From Nitrospirota bacterium (GTDB taxonomy: Bacteria; Nitrospirota; Nitrospiria; Nitrospirales; Nitrospiraceae): a stretch of 64,000 bases of DNA. Within the stretch, counting starts at the first letter, position 1. Each line of letters opens with the position of its first letter. Where the stretch lies: the NCBI GenBank assembly GCA_963701855.1, contig CAVPBK010000005.1, positions 32,001 to 96,000 of the forward strand, given 5' to 3'. Positions 61,686-64,000 of this stretch are shown one piece after another. The notes under the pieces were generated by a model that saw only the letters and a list, made by a program, of their open reading frames with translations, was not told where the DNA came from and did not search any database. The position numbers and the translations under genes are program-made.

Positions 61686-63089
61686 CTACTCTAACTCTCC
61701 GCTGTCGGCATCATCGCCAAGATCCAAACCAAACCGGTCAGCCATTCGATAGAGCGTGCGCCGATCGATGCCGAGAATCTTTGCGGCTTTGACTTTATTC
61801 CCCTTGGTTTCCTTTAGCACGCGGGCGAGATGGCGTTTTTCGACCTCTTCAAGCGACAAACATCCCTCATCGCTATCGCCGACCGCCCCGGCGGTCTCCT
61901 TTACTGGCAGACCTGTCCGACGCAGCGACGCCGGCAGATCGTCCGGGGTGAGGAGGGGCCCGTGACTCAACGAGACAGCCCGCTCGATGGCGTTTTCCAA
62001 CTCGCGCACATTGCCGGGCCACCGGTATTGCATCAACAACGTCATGGTCTCCGGCAGCACCCCGCGCACTGCATGCGCCGCCCCCGCCGCGCATTTCTGC
62101 AAAAAGTGATGCGCCAACATTGGAATATCCTCCCGCCGCTCCATAAGCGGCGGCAAGGTGATACGCACGACATTAAGCCGATAAAATAAGTCGTCCCGAT
62201 ACTTTCCCGCCTTGACGAGCTGCTCAAGATCTCGGTTTGTCGCTGCGATGATGCGGACATCGACTTTCGTCGACGTCGTGCTGCCGACACGGCGGACCTC
62301 GTGATCTTGCATCACCCGCAACAACTTCACTTGCACGGCCTGCCCCAACTCGCCGATCTCATCGAGAAACAACGTGCCCTCGTTCGCGGACTCAAAGAGG
62401 CCGACTTTGTTTCCCACCGCGCCGGTAAAGGCTCCCTTCTCATATCCGAACATTTCCGACTCCAGCAGGGCATCCGGTAACGCTCCACAATTCACCGGAA
62501 TAAATGGCTTGTCCCGACGCGGCCCATTGGCATGGATCGCCCGCGCAATCAGTTCCTTGCCGGTCCCGCTTTCCCCTTGCAGGAGCACTGTGCTCTTGCT
62601 CTCGGTCACCCGCGCCACCAGCTTATACACTTCCAGCATGGCAGGACTGCTCCCCACCAGCGGAGACCATTCATCTTTGCTTTTCAACTCTTCACGAAAC
62701 CGGGCATTTTCTCGGATGAGTCGGCAGTGATCGAGACTTCGCTTGACTACCAGCGTGATATCCTCTTTCTTAAACGGCTTGGCGAGATAGTCGTAGGCCC
62801 CTTGCTTGATCGCTTCGATTGCACCTTCAAGAGATCCGAACGAGGTCAGCACCACGACCTCCGTGTCAGGGCTCATGCGTTTAAATTCGCGCAAGACGGT
62901 CAGTCCGTCGACCGCGCCCATGCGAATATCTGTCAGCACTAGATCCACTCGTCCCTGGCGTCCACGAGCGATGACCTCTTCTCCACCGGCGAAGGTTTCA
63001 ACGGCATAGCCTTCTCTCTTTAAGGCCTCAGCCAAGAGATCGCGCGCGACCGCATCGTCGTCGACTACGAGAATATTCGCTGGTTCCAT
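61686..63089 (-). CDS. Sigma54-dependent response regulator (NtrC/AtoC family)
   Basis: Receiver domain, GESGTGKE, GAFTGA, WPGNVREL, HTH. Confidence 0.96.
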   Translation of the reverse strand: MEPANILVVDDDAVARDLLAEALKREGYAVETFAGGEEVIARGRQGRVDLVLTDIRMGAVDGLTVLREFKRMSPDTEVVVLTSFGSLEGAIEAIKQGAYDYLAKPFKKEDITLVVKRSLDHCRLIRENARFREELKSKDEWSPLVGSSPAMLEVYKLVARVTESKSTVLLQGESGTGKELIARAIHANGPRRDKPFIPVNCGALPDALLESEMFGYEKGAFTGAVGNKVGLFESANEGTLFLDEIGELGQAVQVKLLRVMQDHEVRRVGSTTSTKVDVRIIAATNRDLEQLVKAGKYRDDLFYRLNVVRITLPPLMERREDIPMLAHHFLQKCAAGAAHAVRGVLPETMTLLMQYRWPGNVRELENAIERAVSLSHGPLLTPDDLPASLRRTGLPVKETAGAVGDSDEGCLSLEEVEKRHLARVLKETKGNKVKAAKILGIDRRTLYRMADRFGLDLGDDADSGELE

Positions 63090-64000
63090 CAGTTCCTCTC
63101 TGTCACGCGCGTCGGCTCAGTTTTCAATCCAGGTAAGGTTACGGTGACGGTTGTGCCGCGTCCGGTCTCGCTCTCGAGCACAAGACTGCCTCCATGAGCC
63201 AGGACGGTTTCGCGGCTCAAGAATAGCCCTAATCCGGTGCCCTTGCCAACCGCCTTAGTCGTAAAAAATGGTTCAAAGGCTTTCTCCACATCAGCCACCG
63301 GCATGCCGCATCCCGTATCCTGCACCGCGACCGTGATCACCAGAGGCGACATCGCGTCGGCCACCCGGCGGCCGCGGTCGAGTTCGTCGGATGAGGCCTC
63401 ACGAGCTCCTACTAATACCTTCACTGCTCCCTGTGGCGGGGTAGCGGCTAAGGCATTGGCGAATATGTTCACCAACACTTGATGCATCTTTTCCGCATCG
63501 GCCCAGATGAGCGGGAGGTTCCCGGGAATCTCGATCGTCAATGCGATCTCTTTCGCATGGAAGGCCGGCTCCATGAGCACAGCTGCCGGGCTGATCACCT
63601 TGTCCACGGGCAACCATGTCGGTTCAGGTAGGCGCTGTCTGGTTGAGGACAGCAAATCCTGAATGATCCGAACCACCCGCGTGAGCTGCTCATCGATCAC
63701 GGTCACCCGCTTCTTCATCTCAGGTGTGACGCCCGGCTCTTCAGCCAATGCTTGTACATGCCAGGCAATCGAGTGTAACGGCGTTCCGATCTCATGCGCT
63801 ACGGAAGCCACCAATTGCCCCACCGCAGCTAAGCGTTCTGAGCGATTCAACTGGTCTTTCGCTTCAACCAGCTGTGTATTGGCTTTCAGGAGATTTTCCG
63901 TTTCCCGGGCGAGAGCGGCGCGTGCCGCTGCCTCTCTCGTCTTGCGTTCCTCCCACGTCATACCGATATACGCCACGACCAGGAGTACTCCTGCAACCAC
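63089..64000 (-). CDS. Sensor histidine kinase (5' part outside window)
   Basis: [29 protein letters not shown]. Confidence 0.94.
   Translation of the reverse strand: MVAGVLLVVAYIGMTWEERKTREAAARAALARETENLLKANTQLVEAKDQLNRSERLAAVGQLVASVAHEIGTPLHSIAWHVQALAEEPGVTPEMKKRVTVIDEQLTRVVRIIQDLLSSTRQRLPEPTWLPVDKVISPAAVLMEPAFHAKEIALTIEIPGNLPLIWADAEKMHQVLVNIFANALAATPPQGAVKVLVGAREASSDELDRGRRVADAMSPLVITVAVQDTGCGMPVADVEKAFEPFFTTKAVGKGTGLGLFLSRETVLAHGGSLVLESETGRGTTVTVTLPGLKTEPTRVTERN

Overview
Bacterial chromosome segment whose gene content and order look like Nitrospira/Nitrospirota (an inference, not searched). About 1-27.4 kb is core genome: bioF (partial), YfgM-like TPR, MltD-LysM, class V aminotransferase-serA-hisZ-dnaB-TPR, a sigma54-driven type IV pilin locus with TPR and ABC genes, a DegT aminotransferase, a serine protease, ilvD, Spy/CpxP, DnaJ, ttuA/ttuB, galT, GH57 and vanZ. 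About 27.5-59.5 kb is an accessory, partly decaying region: ADP-ribosylglycohydrolase, a secreted RidA, TauE, DUF2844/DUF3443, a Sel1 protein, zwf, a split RND pump with a duplicated adaptor, a sigma54 two-component pair, a PQQ sugar dehydrogenase, CsbD, small exported proteins and four IS3-family elements or remnants. About 59.7-64 kb holds a Pro-rich protein with an apparently dead DpnII/MboI-like nuclease domain, an Lrp/AsnC domain and a second sigma54 two-component pair. Strongest leads: (1) three different IS3 elements carry a near-uniform A>C / T>G substitution pattern relative to recalled family consensus, suggesting a RIP-like or mutT-like mutational process acting on mobile DNA; (2) a family of intergenic elements with a shared IS-like head and 9-bp periodic mirror-image arms; (3) an RND transporter split between its two halves, with an RBS before the second half. 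Several single-base frameshifts may be sequencing errors. No rRNA, tRNA or CRISPR array was recognised.
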